A stretch of DNA of 64,000 bases from Minisyncoccota bacterium (GTDB lineage: Bacteria; Patescibacteriota; Minisyncoccia; JBAYJV01): the NCBI GenBank assembly GCA_041664925.1, contig JBAYJV010000002.1:8302-72301 (forward strand). The letters run 5' to 3'. Below the pieces are notes generated by a model. The model was not told where the DNA came from and did not search any database. It was given only the letters and a program-made list of their open reading frames with translations. Position numbers and translations under genes: made by a program. This document shows, piece by piece, positions 20,172 to 30,128 of this stretch (positions are counted from its first letter, which is position 1; each line of letters starts with the position of its first letter).

Positions 20172-20820
20172 ATGTATATTTATCTTGACGAATCATTCAA
20201 CCTGAGAAAGGGAGAGAAAAACCAATTTTTGATTATTGCGGGATTTGCCACTAAAAATCCAAAAGAAATTGCGAATATTTATAAGCGGATCAAAAAAACA
20301 CACGCTTCCGAAAAAGTTTATCAATCAGGAAATAAAAAGCACAAATCCTTTAGGGAATCGTGCGTTGAAACCAAAATTATTTTTAGAACTGAAAAAAACC
20401 GATATTCAGATTTATGCGATTTACCAACTTAAAAACCAATTGTCCAAAGATTATTTTCATAAAGAGAAGCTTTTATACGATAAGCTTTATTTAGATCTTT
20501 TAAACTATCTTTTGTTGAATGAGTGGAATTATTTTGATGATAAAATTGTTATTGTAACGATGGATTCTTTTAGGCCAGGAAAGATAAAAAAGGGAGAAAT
20601 CATCAATACATTAAAAAAGGGATTGGAAGATAAGTATTCCGGAAAGAAATTTTCCATATCTTTTGAAGATTCTGAAAAATTCCTGACGCTTCAATTGGCC
20701 GATCAATTTTGCGGTGTATTTTATCAGTTACTTCAGGAAAATCAAACTTGGTTTAAGATGATTGAGCCAAAATTAAAAAAGATAGTGAGCAATCCACTAT
20801 CCCCTTATAAAAAAAAGTAG
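20172..20820 (+). pseudogene. DUF3800 family protein split by a frameshift in an A7 run (20292-20298)
   Basis: N-terminal YIYLDES in ORF 20172 and C-terminal LQLADQFCG in ORF 20236; deleting one A joins RIKK-HTLPKK. Confidence 0.75.
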
Positions 20821-20900
20821 CCCAACTGCTCGTGCTCTAATCTTCAACGGTTCGATTACTCGATACCTCAGAATAGCGTCAGTTGGGACTTACTACTTCT
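20809..20900 (-). ncRNA. candidate DUF3800-associated antisense structured RNA
   Basis: Minus-strand TTGACA(20929-34)-16-TATAAT(20907-12); closing stem CCCAACTG/CAGTTGGG; U8 end. Confidence 0.6.
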
Positions 20901-21286
20901 ATTATCATTATACTTTAATAAAATCATTTGTCAATAAGGTACTTATACACAATAAAAGAAAATAAATAAATTTTTACAAAAATCGGAGGCTCAGCCTCCG
21001 ATTTTCTACAACTGGCAATGGTTTAAACAATTCAATAAAAAAAACGAGATATGTGGGAGGCTCAGCCTCCCACACATATGTTAGTTTTCTGCGAAGTATT
21101 CAATAATCAAGTCGAAAGATTGAATAGATAAATATTTGGAAGTCTCACTTCCAAATATTTTCAATTACCTTAATTTATTGACATTGGTGTTTTAATGTGA
21201 TAGATATAGACATAGTACCGTAAAAACAAAAATTTGTCTTTTGGCGGCTTGTTGCCAAAGTTCATAAGAAATCCAAAGGAGGAAGA

Positions 21287-21733
21287 ATGGCAGAGATTTT
21301 GGTTGTTACCGGGGAAGCGTTTTATTTAAAGACCTTATTGGAAGTTTTGGAAGAACAGGAAGGATTAAGAACAAGAACAGCGCGCTCAGGCGTAGAGGCA
21401 TTAGAACATCTAAAAAGTGGAAGGGCCGAGGAGAAAATGGTTTGCACTGATTTATCGTTTAACATTGGTGATGTTTCCCTTGTTCATGAAGACGAGAAAC
21501 ACCTTGTACGTAATGGATTTGCGGCAGGAGTAGTCCTGCTTCGAAGAATCAAGGAATGGCGTTCTGATTTTCCCGTGGTCCTTCTTACGAGTTGGCGAGA
21601 AGGTTCTCCTCCGAGAGTCTTAGCGGAGCCAGAAAAGTTCGACGGAGCTGTACTCTTCCGAGGGGAATTATATGATATGGTTGCTGAGATTAAAGCTTTG
21701 TGGGATAAATTGGTTTTAAAAAACCATAAATAG
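21287..21733 (+). CDS. atypical response-regulator receiver domain protein
   Basis: EILVV, ARSGVEAL, CTDL, GVVLLRRIK, PVVLLTS; acidic pair and KP motif are degenerate. Confidence 0.65.
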   Translation: MAEILVVTGEAFYLKTLLEVLEEQEGLRTRTARSGVEALEHLKSGRAEEKMVCTDLSFNIGDVSLVHEDEKHLVRNGFAAGVVLLRRIKEWRSDFPVVLLTSWREGSPPRVLAEPEKFDGAVLFRGELYDMVAEIKALWDKLVLKNHK

Positions 21734-21750
21734 AGGAGGCGGAACGATTT

Positions 21751-22230
21751 ATGGACAAAAGACGCATGGAGAGGCGAAAATTGGCTGGAATTCTTTTGGG
21801 TCTTTTGAAGCGACACAGGGGAAAAATCATCGCTATCGTTAAACAGGATCATCGATTTACCAATAAAGATGCCAAGAATCGCATATTGACTGCTAGTTTT
21901 CCGTTTGCAGGGATTAATAGTGATGTAAGCCAATTAGTGGTAGATATTTTTATCGGGTACCTTGAGATTCAGGGAGTGAAAGTTCCTAAAAGCGTAGGCG
22001 ATGTAAAGTACATAGAAAGTTTCACAGAAGAAGATGCTATCATTGAAATTGCTAGACGATTGAGAGAGACAGCGCCTATGTTTGGGTGTATGAATGTTGG
22101 AAATGTGCTGGGGAAAAGTCCTGTTAAGAAGCTGATTAATGCTCTTGTTCCTCCTGTTGTTTCAAGGGGATATCGCCATTACGATTCATCTTCAGATGAT
22201 GGAATAGGTTTAAGACCTGCTGTCGTATAG
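21751..22230 (+). CDS. hypothetical protein
   Basis: SD GAGGAGG; terminator 22243-22268. Confidence 0.65.
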   Translation: MDKRRMERRKLAGILLGLLKRHRGKIIAIVKQDHRFTNKDAKNRILTASFPFAGINSDVSQLVVDIFIGYLEIQGVKVPKSVGDVKYIESFTEEDAIIEIARRLRETAPMFGCMNVGNVLGKSPVKKLINALVPPVVSRGYRHYDSSSDDGIGLRPAVV

Positions 22231-22300
22231 ATTAATAGAAAACGGGGTCGCCTAGGGCGACCCTTTTTGTTTTACCAAGACTTTGATAAAATCTAATTAT

Positions 22301-23068
22301 ATGAAATACTTTAAAATTTATTCTTGGAATGTGAATGGGATCAGGGCGGCAGTCAGGAACGGTTTTATGGATTGGTTTTCAAAAGAAAAGCCGGATATTT
22401 TGTGTTTGCAAGAAACTAAAGCTCATGACGACGATTTTCCGCCTGAAATAAAAAATATTTCTGGTTATTATTTATATCACTCGCAAGCTCAAAAAAAGGG
22501 GTATGCGGGCGTGGCAATTTTAACGAAAATAAAACCGCTTAAAGTTATAGACAAAATTGGTATTGATAAATTTGATAGTGAAGGAAGATTTTTAGTCTTG
22601 GAATGTGAAGATTTTTATCTTTCAAATACTTACTTTCCTCACACTCAACGAGAATTGGCGCGCCTTGATTTCAAGCAAGAATTCAACGAAGCCTATCTAA
22701 AATTTATAAAACAATTTAAAGACAAACCAATCATTTTAACGGGCGATTTCAATGTTGCGCACAAGGAGATTGATTTAAAAAATCCCAAAGAAAACGAAAG
22801 AAATGCCGGTTTTACAATTGAGGAAAGAAGTTTTGTTGATGAGCTGACTAAGGAGGGCTTTATTGATACTTTTCGCCATTTTCATCCCAAGGATATAAAA
22901 TATACTTGGTGGACTTACAGATTTGGCGCTAGAGACAGGGGGATTGGTTGGCGCATTGATTATTTCTTCGTTCAAAAATCATTCTTAAAAAATGTAAAAG
23001 TTGCCGATGTTTTGGATAATATTTACGGTTCTGATCATTGTCCTATATTATTAGAGGTTGACTTGTAA
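22301..23068 (+). CDS. xth: exodeoxyribonuclease III
   Basis: SWNVNGIRA, LQETK, GDFNVAH, WRIDY, SDHCP. Confidence 0.95.
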   Translation: MKYFKIYSWNVNGIRAAVRNGFMDWFSKEKPDILCLQETKAHDDDFPPEIKNISGYYLYHSQAQKKGYAGVAILTKIKPLKVIDKIGIDKFDSEGRFLVLECEDFYLSNTYFPHTQRELARLDFKQEFNEAYLKFIKQFKDKPIILTGDFNVAHKEIDLKNPKENERNAGFTIEERSFVDELTKEGFIDTFRHFHPKDIKYTWWTYRFGARDRGIGWRIDYFFVQKSFLKNVKVADVLDNIYGSDHCPILLEVDL

Positions 23069-23316
23069 TTCTATCCATATTTTTCGTTATTTGAGGCATT
23101 ATGCCCCTTTTTTTATGTTGTGGACATTTATCTATTGACTCTACCTGAAATAAGAGTATAATTGTCATACATTGTTTTTTGTGTTGTAAAACATGAAAAA
23201 CAGATGTCGTGCTCTCTGAACCCCTCTGCTAAAGCTTTTTCCCGTAAAAGGGACAACTTAGTTAAGGTTATCTGAGAGTAGGTCGATAAATTTAACTAAC
23301 ACAAGTTTCAATTACA

Positions 23317-23595
23317 ATGAACAAAAAGCTTTATGTAGGAAATCTTTCCTACAACACTACAGACAAGAGTTTGGAAGAGCATTTCTCACAAGCTGGTACC
23401 GTTGAATCTGCTGCTGTGATCATGGATCGCATGTCAGGCAGATCAAAGGGATTCGGTTTTGTTGAAATGGCATCAGACGAGGAAGCAAAGAAAGCCATCG
23501 AAATGCTTAATGGCAAAGAATTAGACGGTCGCGCCTTAAAGATTGATGAAGCAAGGCCTCCAAAAGAGAGACCAGCTTTCAAAAGAGAATTCTAA
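23317..23595 (+). CDS. RRM RNA-binding protein
   Basis: LYVGNL (RNP2), KGFGFVEM (RNP1); terminator 23620-23655. Confidence 0.95.
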   Translation: MNKKLYVGNLSYNTTDKSLEEHFSQAGTVESAAVIMDRMSGRSKGFGFVEMASDEEAKKAIEMLNGKELDGRALKIDEARPPKERPAFKREF

Positions 23596-23729
23596 AAATT
23601 AATTAGAATTGTACCTTACAAAACAAAAGACCTCGCAAGAGGTCCTTTTGTTTTTGTGGTAAAATGACACAAAAGATTGACTTTTTAGAATTTTAGTAGT
23701 ATAATAGGAGTAGGAATAAAGGAGGAGCT

Positions 23730-23891
23730 ATGATTGGGTGGAGTGTCGTATTTTTCTTATCTGCTTTAGCGGCGTTTTTCTTGGGTATTAGCGAAGCATG
23801 GGAAGGTAGTAAGGATTCTTCTGCAAAACTGCTCTTCAAGATGGCCGCTGTTGAGACTGTTGTTGGAATAGGTTTAATATTTATTCCTTAG
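23730..23891 (+). CDS. 53-aa two-TM microprotein (below ORF-track cutoff)
   Basis: MIGWSVVFFLSALAAFFLG...VVGIGLIFIP; SD AAAGGAGG; TTGACT-17-TATAAT promoter. Confidence 0.65.
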   Translation: MIGWSVVFFLSALAAFFLGISEAWEGSKDSSAKLLFKMAAVETVVGIGLIFIP

Positions 23892-23992
23892 TCTCAATCA
23901 TGATTTTCAAGAGGCGAAAGGAATAAATAGATCCGAAAAGTCCAGGGGTCGAAAAAGAATCTTCGACCCTCTTTTGTTTTATTTGTGCGAAT

Positions 23993-24154
23993 GTCATTCT
24001 GAGTGGTTGGTTCTATTTTTTCGGAGTAAACTTATAACAAGAGTCATTCTGAGTGGTTCGACGAGCTCACCATAAATTCCACGAAGAATCTCGTGTTTAA
24101 GAGCGATAATTCGGGATCCTTCCCCTATGCCTTACGGTACGGGGTCAGGATGAC
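23993..24154. repeat. repeat family C (GTCATTCTGAG...GAAGAATCT / GATCCTTC...CAGGATGAC)
   Basis: Also 29797-29850, 35774-35894, 46195-46383, 47486-47649; related CCTGAGCGAAGTCGAAGG at 7956, 34510-34645, 54837-54879. Confidence 0.85.
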
Positions 24155-24453
24155 TCATTTTTTTTTGTTTCGTTGCTTGCCCGTTCGAAGCCTAAAGGCG
24201 AAGGAGGGTAGGGTTGTAATGTTGTCTGTCTCCTGCCTGACGGCAGTCAGGGCAGGCAGGAACCATTGACATTTACCACAATTATTATAGAATGGTGAGT
24301 AGTTCTTGGAAAAATCAAAATAATGTAATCCGCCTACGTCTTTCGATAGATTCATTTCATTTCCATAAATGGACTCAAGACTACGGCGAGATGTAAGTTT
24401 TTCTATTTTTCGTCTATGACTCAAAAAGAAAGAACTAACAAAGGAGGGACAAA

Positions 24454-25074
24454 ATGAGTCCATGGTTGGGAGCAATTCTTGTGGGAGTTGGTATTTGTGT
24501 GATTTCTTGGCTGATTATTAATTGGGCAGTGGGTAAGTCTCAACATTTCGGCGATAGCTTTGGAAAGATATTTTCATCTGTAATCATAGGTGTTATAGGA
24601 ACCCTAATCTTTTTCTTGGCTTCGACAGTTTATATTTCTGGACCGGTAGTTGATACTCGGAATAATCTTATCACTCACTACGGAACAAACACGCATATTT
24701 TGAGATGGTCTGAGGAAGCCAAGGCTTATGAAAGTGGATTTTTGAAATCCATTCCTATTTACTCGCAAACATTCAGAGTCATTATTGACCCAGCGATTGC
24801 TAAGCTACATCTTGAGATTACGGTTGTTCCGGGAGAAGACGACGAATCAATCATGGCGCAATATGAGAGAATTATTTCTCATGGGGACACTCTTGAGGCG
24901 TATATCAGGCGACTGACTTTCTTGTACGAAACAAGAGGGCTTTCCCAGAATCTTGATAACTTCCCAAATGACTACATCAAATTTCTTGAGCCTTTGTTAA
25001 AAGCATCGGGAGTGAAGGGACTTAGAATCTTTATAAATGGAAACGCAGTTCCCATCGTTACGCAAATTGAGTAA
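24454..25074 (+). CDS. hypothetical membrane-anchored protein
   Basis: Two N-terminal TMs; SD AAAGGAGG; promoter near 24266-24293. Confidence 0.7.
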   Translation: MSPWLGAILVGVGICVISWLIINWAVGKSQHFGDSFGKIFSSVIIGVIGTLIFFLASTVYISGPVVDTRNNLITHYGTNTHILRWSEEAKAYESGFLKSIPIYSQTFRVIIDPAIAKLHLEITVVPGEDDESIMAQYERIISHGDTLEAYIRRLTFLYETRGLSQNLDNFPNDYIKFLEPLLKASGVKGLRIFINGNAVPIVTQIE

Positions 25075-25161
25075 CAATCAGCGAACCCTGTATTCAGCGT
25101 GGTACAGGGTGTTTTTAATTGAGTGCGTTTCTGAGTGTAACGAAGACTACGCAATCAATAA

Positions 25162-25188
25162 CCCGTCCGTAGCTTTAGCGAAGGAGGG
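25162..25188. repeat. repeat family D (CCCTCCTTCGCTAAAGCTACGGACGGG-like)
   Basis: Variants at about 8511, 31087, 33382, 47936, 48129, 53440. Confidence 0.75.
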
Positions 25189-25257
25189 TTTTTTGTTTTC
25201 CCCAGTTTTGATTGCGACAGGATATAAAATTTGGTAAAATTGTAAATTAGTCATGAT

Positions 25258-25380
25258 AACTCAAAGCTCAAATCTTAAAACTCAAAACAAAAACTTAAAA
25301 CCATTAAACTATTTAGCTTTGAATTTTGAGCTTTGAACTCTAAGCTATGGCTTTGACCTTTAACATTTAAGCTTTAAGTT
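25258..25380. repeat. degenerate 7-bp-period inverted repeat tract (CTCAAAA / TTTTGAG)
   Basis: Similar tracts at 26995-27130, 38460-38600, 49460-49510, 57800-58000. Confidence 0.7.
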
Positions 25381-25386
25381 ATTTTC

Positions 25387-25950
25387 ATGTTAATTAAAAT
25401 TGAAGTTTCGGCTCGCCACATTCATTTCACCAGACAAGACATTAATGTTTTATTTGGAGAAAATTATCAGCTTAGGCAGCGAAATAAGCTTTCTCAAGCC
25501 GATGATTTTGCTTCCCAAGAAACTGTCAGCGTTAAAACAGAAAAAGGTGAACTTGAGCTGCGCATTATTGGTCCTGAAAGAGCCTATTCTCAGGTAGAAC
25601 TTTCTATAACGGATACTATTAAACTTGGCATTGACACATCTCTTAAGTTATCCGGCGATATCAAGTCTGTACCCAGAGTCAATGTTCTTGGACCCAATGG
25701 CGCCATTCAAACACCTGTCATTATTGCCAAAAGGCACTTGCATCTATCAAAGGAACAGGCAAGTGAACTGGGTATTGAGGATGGCAAGATTTGTAAAATA
25801 AAAATAGAAGGCGAGAGGGGATTGGTTTTTGATAATGTTATTGCTCGGGTTGGCGAAGGTTTTGACTTAGTTTTTCATATTGATACCGACGAAGCTAATG
25901 CTTGCGGGCTTGGTAAAACTTGTGAAGAAGAAGGAGAAATAATTCTGTGA
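25387..25950 (+). CDS. pduL: phosphate propanoyltransferase PduL
   Basis: VSARHIH, IAKRHLH, HIDTDEANA. Confidence 0.9.
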   Translation: MLIKIEVSARHIHFTRQDINVLFGENYQLRQRNKLSQADDFASQETVSVKTEKGELELRIIGPERAYSQVELSITDTIKLGIDTSLKLSGDIKSVPRVNVLGPNGAIQTPVIIAKRHLHLSKEQASELGIEDGKICKIKIEGERGLVFDNVIARVGEGFDLVFHIDTDEANACGLGKTCEEEGEIIL

Positions 25951-26984
25951 AAATTTTAGTTTTAAATATCGGATCATTCACTTTCAAATGGGAGTTATTT
26001 GATGAAGATTTAGTGTCGCTTAAAAAAGGAAACAATGATTTGCTCGATATCAGCATTGAAGAGAAATTGAAATTAGCGCTTGAACAAATTGGCGATACTA
26101 GTGAAATAAAATCTATTGGTCATCGAGTTGTTCATGGTGGCAGGGAATTTGTCCAGACAACGGAGATTAAAAACGAAAATATTTTAAATCTTGAAAAATA
26201 TAATCCTCTTGCGCCGCTTCATAACCCCTATAATGTTCAGGGAATAAAAGCGAGTCTTAAATTATTGACAGGAATTCCTAATTTTGCCGTTTTTGATACG
26301 GCTTTTTACAAAGACTTGCCGGAAGTTGCCAAAACCTACGCGCTTCCCCTGAAGTATTATAATGATGGCATCCAAAAATATGGTTTTCATGGTATTTCCC
26401 ACCAATATGTCGCCGAGGAAGCGGCACAACACACGGGAAAGGCCATAGAAGAATGCAATTTAATTACTATTCATTTGGGAGGCGGGAGTTCAATTACTGC
26501 CATAAAGAATGGCAAAGCGATTGATACTTCAATGGGCTTTACTCCGCTTGAGGGATTAGTTATGGGAACGAGATGTGGCGATATTGATGCGGGAATAATT
26601 TTAAAATTAATAAGAGAAGACGGGTTATCTATTGATCGGTTGGATGATCTTTTAAATAAGGAATCTGGTGTTAAGGCACTATCTGGGTTTGTTGATTTCA
26701 GGGATGTTTTAAAGGCACGAGAAGGAGGCGACCGGAAAGCGAAACTAGCTTTTGATGTTTTTGTTTATCATATTAAAAAATATATTGGTGCTTATTTTGC
26801 GATTCTCGGAAATATCGATGCGATTGTTTTTACAGGAAGCATTGGATCAGGAATAGAAACAACGCGCAATGAAATTGTCAATGGATTGGAGATTCTTAAA
26901 GGTGTTCCTGTTTTTGCAATTCCAAGCGGAGAAAATATTGCTATTGCCAAAGAAGCGAAAAGATGTCTTGCAAATCGCAATTAA
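25947..26984 (+). CDS. ackA: acetate kinase
   Basis: GHRVVHGG, APLHNP, YGFHGISH, MGFTPLEG. Confidence 0.95.
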   Translation: MKILVLNIGSFTFKWELFDEDLVSLKKGNNDLLDISIEEKLKLALEQIGDTSEIKSIGHRVVHGGREFVQTTEIKNENILNLEKYNPLAPLHNPYNVQGIKASLKLLTGIPNFAVFDTAFYKDLPEVAKTYALPLKYYNDGIQKYGFHGISHQYVAEEAAQHTGKAIEECNLITIHLGGGSSITAIKNGKAIDTSMGFTPLEGLVMGTRCGDIDAGIILKLIREDGLSIDRLDDLLNKESGVKALSGFVDFRDVLKAREGGDRKAKLAFDVFVYHIKKYIGAYFAILGNIDAIVFTGSIGSGIETTRNEIVNGLEILKGVPVFAIPSGENIAIAKEAKRCLANRN

Positions 26985-27132
26985 TAATTCTTTATAAACT
27001 CAAAGCGCAAAGTTCAAAACTCAAAACTACAACTCAAAATTCAAAGCTAAATAGTTTAATAGTTTTAAGTTTTCCTGCCTGTCGGCAGACAGGTGTTTTG
27101 AGTTCTAAGATTTGAGTTTTGAGTTTAAACAC

Positions 27133-28896
27133 ATGAGGTATTCTTGGAAAATTGGCGGACCAGCAGGATATGGCATAAAAAGTGCCGGTGAAATTTTTGC
27201 AAAAGCTTTTCTTAAAAAAGGTCTTTATGTTTTTTGTTATTCTGAATATCCTTCTTTAATTCGCGGTGGTCACAATACTGTCCAAGTTGATATTTCTGAT
27301 CAGCCCGTCAGATCTGCTTCAGACAAAGTAAGTTTTTTGGTGGCGCTTGATGAAGAAACAATAAAAGTAGATCACGAACATCTTCGCGAAAGAGGCATGA
27401 TGATTTATGATGCGTCCACAGTTACCAATAAAAGAAAAATCCCTAGAAAACACACTTTTAATGTGCCTTTTAGCGATCTTGCCAAAGAAGCAGGCAACCT
27501 GCTTTTAAGAAATACTGTCGCCTTGGGAGCAAGCTTGGCGTTTTTTGGAACAGACGCAAAAGAACTGAAAGAAATTGTCAAAGAGTCTTTTTCGGGAAAA
27601 GAAGAAGAGATGATCAGGCAAAATATAAGAGCAGTTGATTTGGGTTTTCATTATGTTATCAATCATTATAAAGTCACGCCCAATGAATTTTTTGATAAAG
27701 ATGTTATTGACAAAAAACATGTTTTAATTACTGGTAATACGACCATGGCGATGGGCGCTGTTGTCGGCGGTTGCAAGTTTTTTGCTTCCTATCCAATGAC
27801 CCCATCAACGGGACTTTTTCAATACTTAATTGCCCATGAACGAGATTATGATATGGTTGTTCATCAAGGCGAAGATGAAATCGGCGTAATTCACGAAGCT
27901 CTTGGCGCTTCTTTTGCGGGCGCAAGATCAATGATTACGACTTCTGGTGGGGGATTTGCTTTAATGAATGAAGCGATTTCTTTGTCGGGCATGACAGAAA
28001 TACCGATTGTAATCGCAGAAGTTATGAGACCAGCGCCGGCGACTGGACTACCCACTTGGACAGATCAGGGAGATTTAAGTTTTGTTTTAAATGCTGGACA
28101 CGGAGATTTTCCAAAAGTCGTGCTGGCGGCAGGAGATCCCGAAGAAGCTTATGAATTGGCTTGGAGGGCGCTCAATTTTTCAGAAAAGTTTCAGATTCCT
28201 GTCATTGTCTTAAGTGATAAATTTTTAGGAGAAAGCCAATACACGGTTTCTTCAAAAAAACTTAGTGAAATAAAAATGGCAATTGAAAGGGGAAAGATTT
28301 TAGAGAAAATTGGTGAAAACTATAAACGCTACGAAAATACCAAAGATGGCATTTCTTCCAGGGTTTTTCCTGGCGCAGAAAAAGGGGAGCACATTGCCAA
28401 TAGCGATGAACATAACGAATTTAGTTTTTCCGTTGAGGCCTATGGCGATGATAGAATTGTGCAAATGGATAAGCGCGCTAAAAAAATCAATGGCATAAAA
28501 AAAGAAATAAGACTGCCCATTATGTTTGGCAAAAAAGATGCCGATATTACGATTGTCAGCTGGGGATCAAATAAAGGGCCGATTCTTGATGCGCTCGACT
28601 CAATCAATTACTCCTCGCCTATCACAAAAAAATCAATCAATTATCTTCATTTCACCGACATCTATCCTTTCCCTCAAGGAGCAGAGAAAATATTAAGGAA
28701 ATCGAAAAAATTGATTTTGATAGAATGCAATCAGTCGGGGCAATTTGGCAAATTGATTCGCCAAGAAACGGGCATTGGTATTCAAGATAAGCTTTTGAAA
28801 TATGATGGTCGTCCTTTCTGGCCTGAAGAAATTGTTGCTTATCTAAAAAAATTACCCCTAGCAAACATAAAAAAAATCTTATGGAAGAAAAATTAA
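27133..28896 (+). CDS. korA: 2-oxoacid:ferredoxin oxidoreductase alpha subunit (gamma-alpha fusion)
   Basis: EYPSLIRGGH, YPMTPST, TSGGGF, PATGLPT. Confidence 0.9.
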   Translation: MRYSWKIGGPAGYGIKSAGEIFAKAFLKKGLYVFCYSEYPSLIRGGHNTVQVDISDQPVRSASDKVSFLVALDEETIKVDHEHLRERGMMIYDASTVTNKRKIPRKHTFNVPFSDLAKEAGNLLLRNTVALGASLAFFGTDAKELKEIVKESFSGKEEEMIRQNIRAVDLGFHYVINHYKVTPNEFFDKDVIDKKHVLITGNTTMAMGAVVGGCKFFASYPMTPSTGLFQYLIAHERDYDMVVHQGEDEIGVIHEALGASFAGARSMITTSGGGFALMNEAISLSGMTEIPIVIAEVMRPAPATGLPTWTDQGDLSFVLNAGHGDFPKVVLAAGDPEEAYELAWRALNFSEKFQIPVIVLSDKFLGESQYTVSSKKLSEIKMAIERGKILEKIGENYKRYENTKDGISSRVFPGAEKGEHIANSDEHNEFSFSVEAYGDDRIVQMDKRAKKINGIKKEIRLPIMFGKKDADITIVSWGSNKGPILDALDSINYSSPITKKSINYLHFTDIYPFPQGAEKILRKSKKLILIECNQSGQFGKLIRQETGIGIQDKLLKYDGRPFWPEEIVAYLKKLPLANIKKILWKKN

Positions 28897-29738
28897 AACC
28901 GGAAAATTATAATACTACCCGTCAACCGACATGGTGTCCCGGTTGTGGTGATTTTGTTATTTGGCAGGCAGTCAAAATGGCTTTAGCCGAATTGGAAATT
29001 CCCTCTCATAAAATTATTATTACTTATGGCATTGGTTGCGCAGGAAATATGGTCAATAATATCAAGGCTTATGCTTTTCATTCTCTTCATGGAAGAAGTT
29101 TGCCAATCGCTTTGGGCGCAAAATTAGCCAATCATGGACTGACGGTTTTGGCAATTACGGGCGATGGCGACGCTTATGGCGAAGGCACTAATCATTTGAT
29201 TCACACGGCTCGATCAAATATTAATATTACCCATATTGTTTGTAATAATCATTCCTATTCTTTAACGACTGGCCAATCTTCTCCGACTTCAGAAAAAGGC
29301 TATGAAACAAAAACGACTCCTTGGGGAGAAGTAAAAAAACCGCTCAACCCAATTAGTTTAGCGATTTCTTCGGGCGCAAGTTTTGTGGCTCGAGGTTTTG
29401 CCGGCGACCTTGAGCATCTAAAAGAAACCATAAAAAAAGCCATCAAGCACAAAGGTTTTTCTCATGTTGACGTTTTGCAGCAATGCGTTACTTTCAATAA
29501 GGTTCAAACGCTGGATTATTTCAGAAAACGAGTTTATAAGCTTGAAGAAGAAAAAGACTATGACGCCAAAGATAAAATAAAAGCTTTTGAAAAAGCAGAA
29601 GAAACCAAAAAGATCCCCATCGGTGTTTTTTATGATATTACTTGTCCAACTTACGAATCAACCTTTTCTCAAATAGAAAAAGAAACTTTAGTTTCCAAAA
29701 AAGTTGGCGAGGTAAAATTTAAAGATTTAAAATATTAA
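28881..29738 (+). CDS. korB: 2-oxoacid:ferredoxin oxidoreductase beta subunit
   Basis: WCPGCGD, GIGC, GDGD, LTTGQ, QCVTFN. Confidence 0.9.
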   Translation: MEEKLKPENYNTTRQPTWCPGCGDFVIWQAVKMALAELEIPSHKIIITYGIGCAGNMVNNIKAYAFHSLHGRSLPIALGAKLANHGLTVLAITGDGDAYGEGTNHLIHTARSNINITHIVCNNHSYSLTTGQSSPTSEKGYETKTTPWGEVKKPLNPISLAISSGASFVARGFAGDLEHLKETIKKAIKHKGFSHVDVLQQCVTFNKVQTLDYFRKRVYKLEEEKDYDAKDKIKAFEKAEETKKIPIGVFYDITCPTYESTFSQIEKETLVSKKVGEVKFKDLKY

Positions 29739-29903
29739 AATCTTGCTTGCCCGTCCGGAGTCTTGACTGTCGTCAGGCAGGCTTGGCGTAGGAGGGTCAT
29801 TCTGAGTATTAGCGAAGAATCTCGGGATCCTTCATTTCATTCAGGATGACTCATTTTTTTATCGCGATTAAAAAAGCGGAGACCTTGTCTCCGCTAGTAT
29901 TTT

Positions 29904-30041
29904 TTACTTACTTTTTTCTAGCTTTCTAAGTTCTCTATATCTCTCAAAATGTAGTTTTGCAGCTACGCTGGCGCAAACGACTACAACAAGCAATGCCGCG
30001 ATTTCAAATATCTTTAGTCCGAAGATCACTCTTTCAATCAT
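29904..30041 (-). CDS. 45-aa single-TM microprotein
   Basis: MIERVIFGLKIFEIAALLVVVVCASVAAKLHFERYRELRKLEKSK; SD AGGAGGG; terminator 29870-29895. Confidence 0.6.
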   Translation of the reverse strand: MIERVIFGLKIFEIAALLVVVVCASVAAKLHFERYRELRKLEKSK

Positions 30042-30128
30042 CTTTCCCTCCTATTGATTTTCCGATTGACATATTACTATACTATCACAACAAAAATAAA
30101 TATCAATAAAAAACTCCTGAACCTATGT

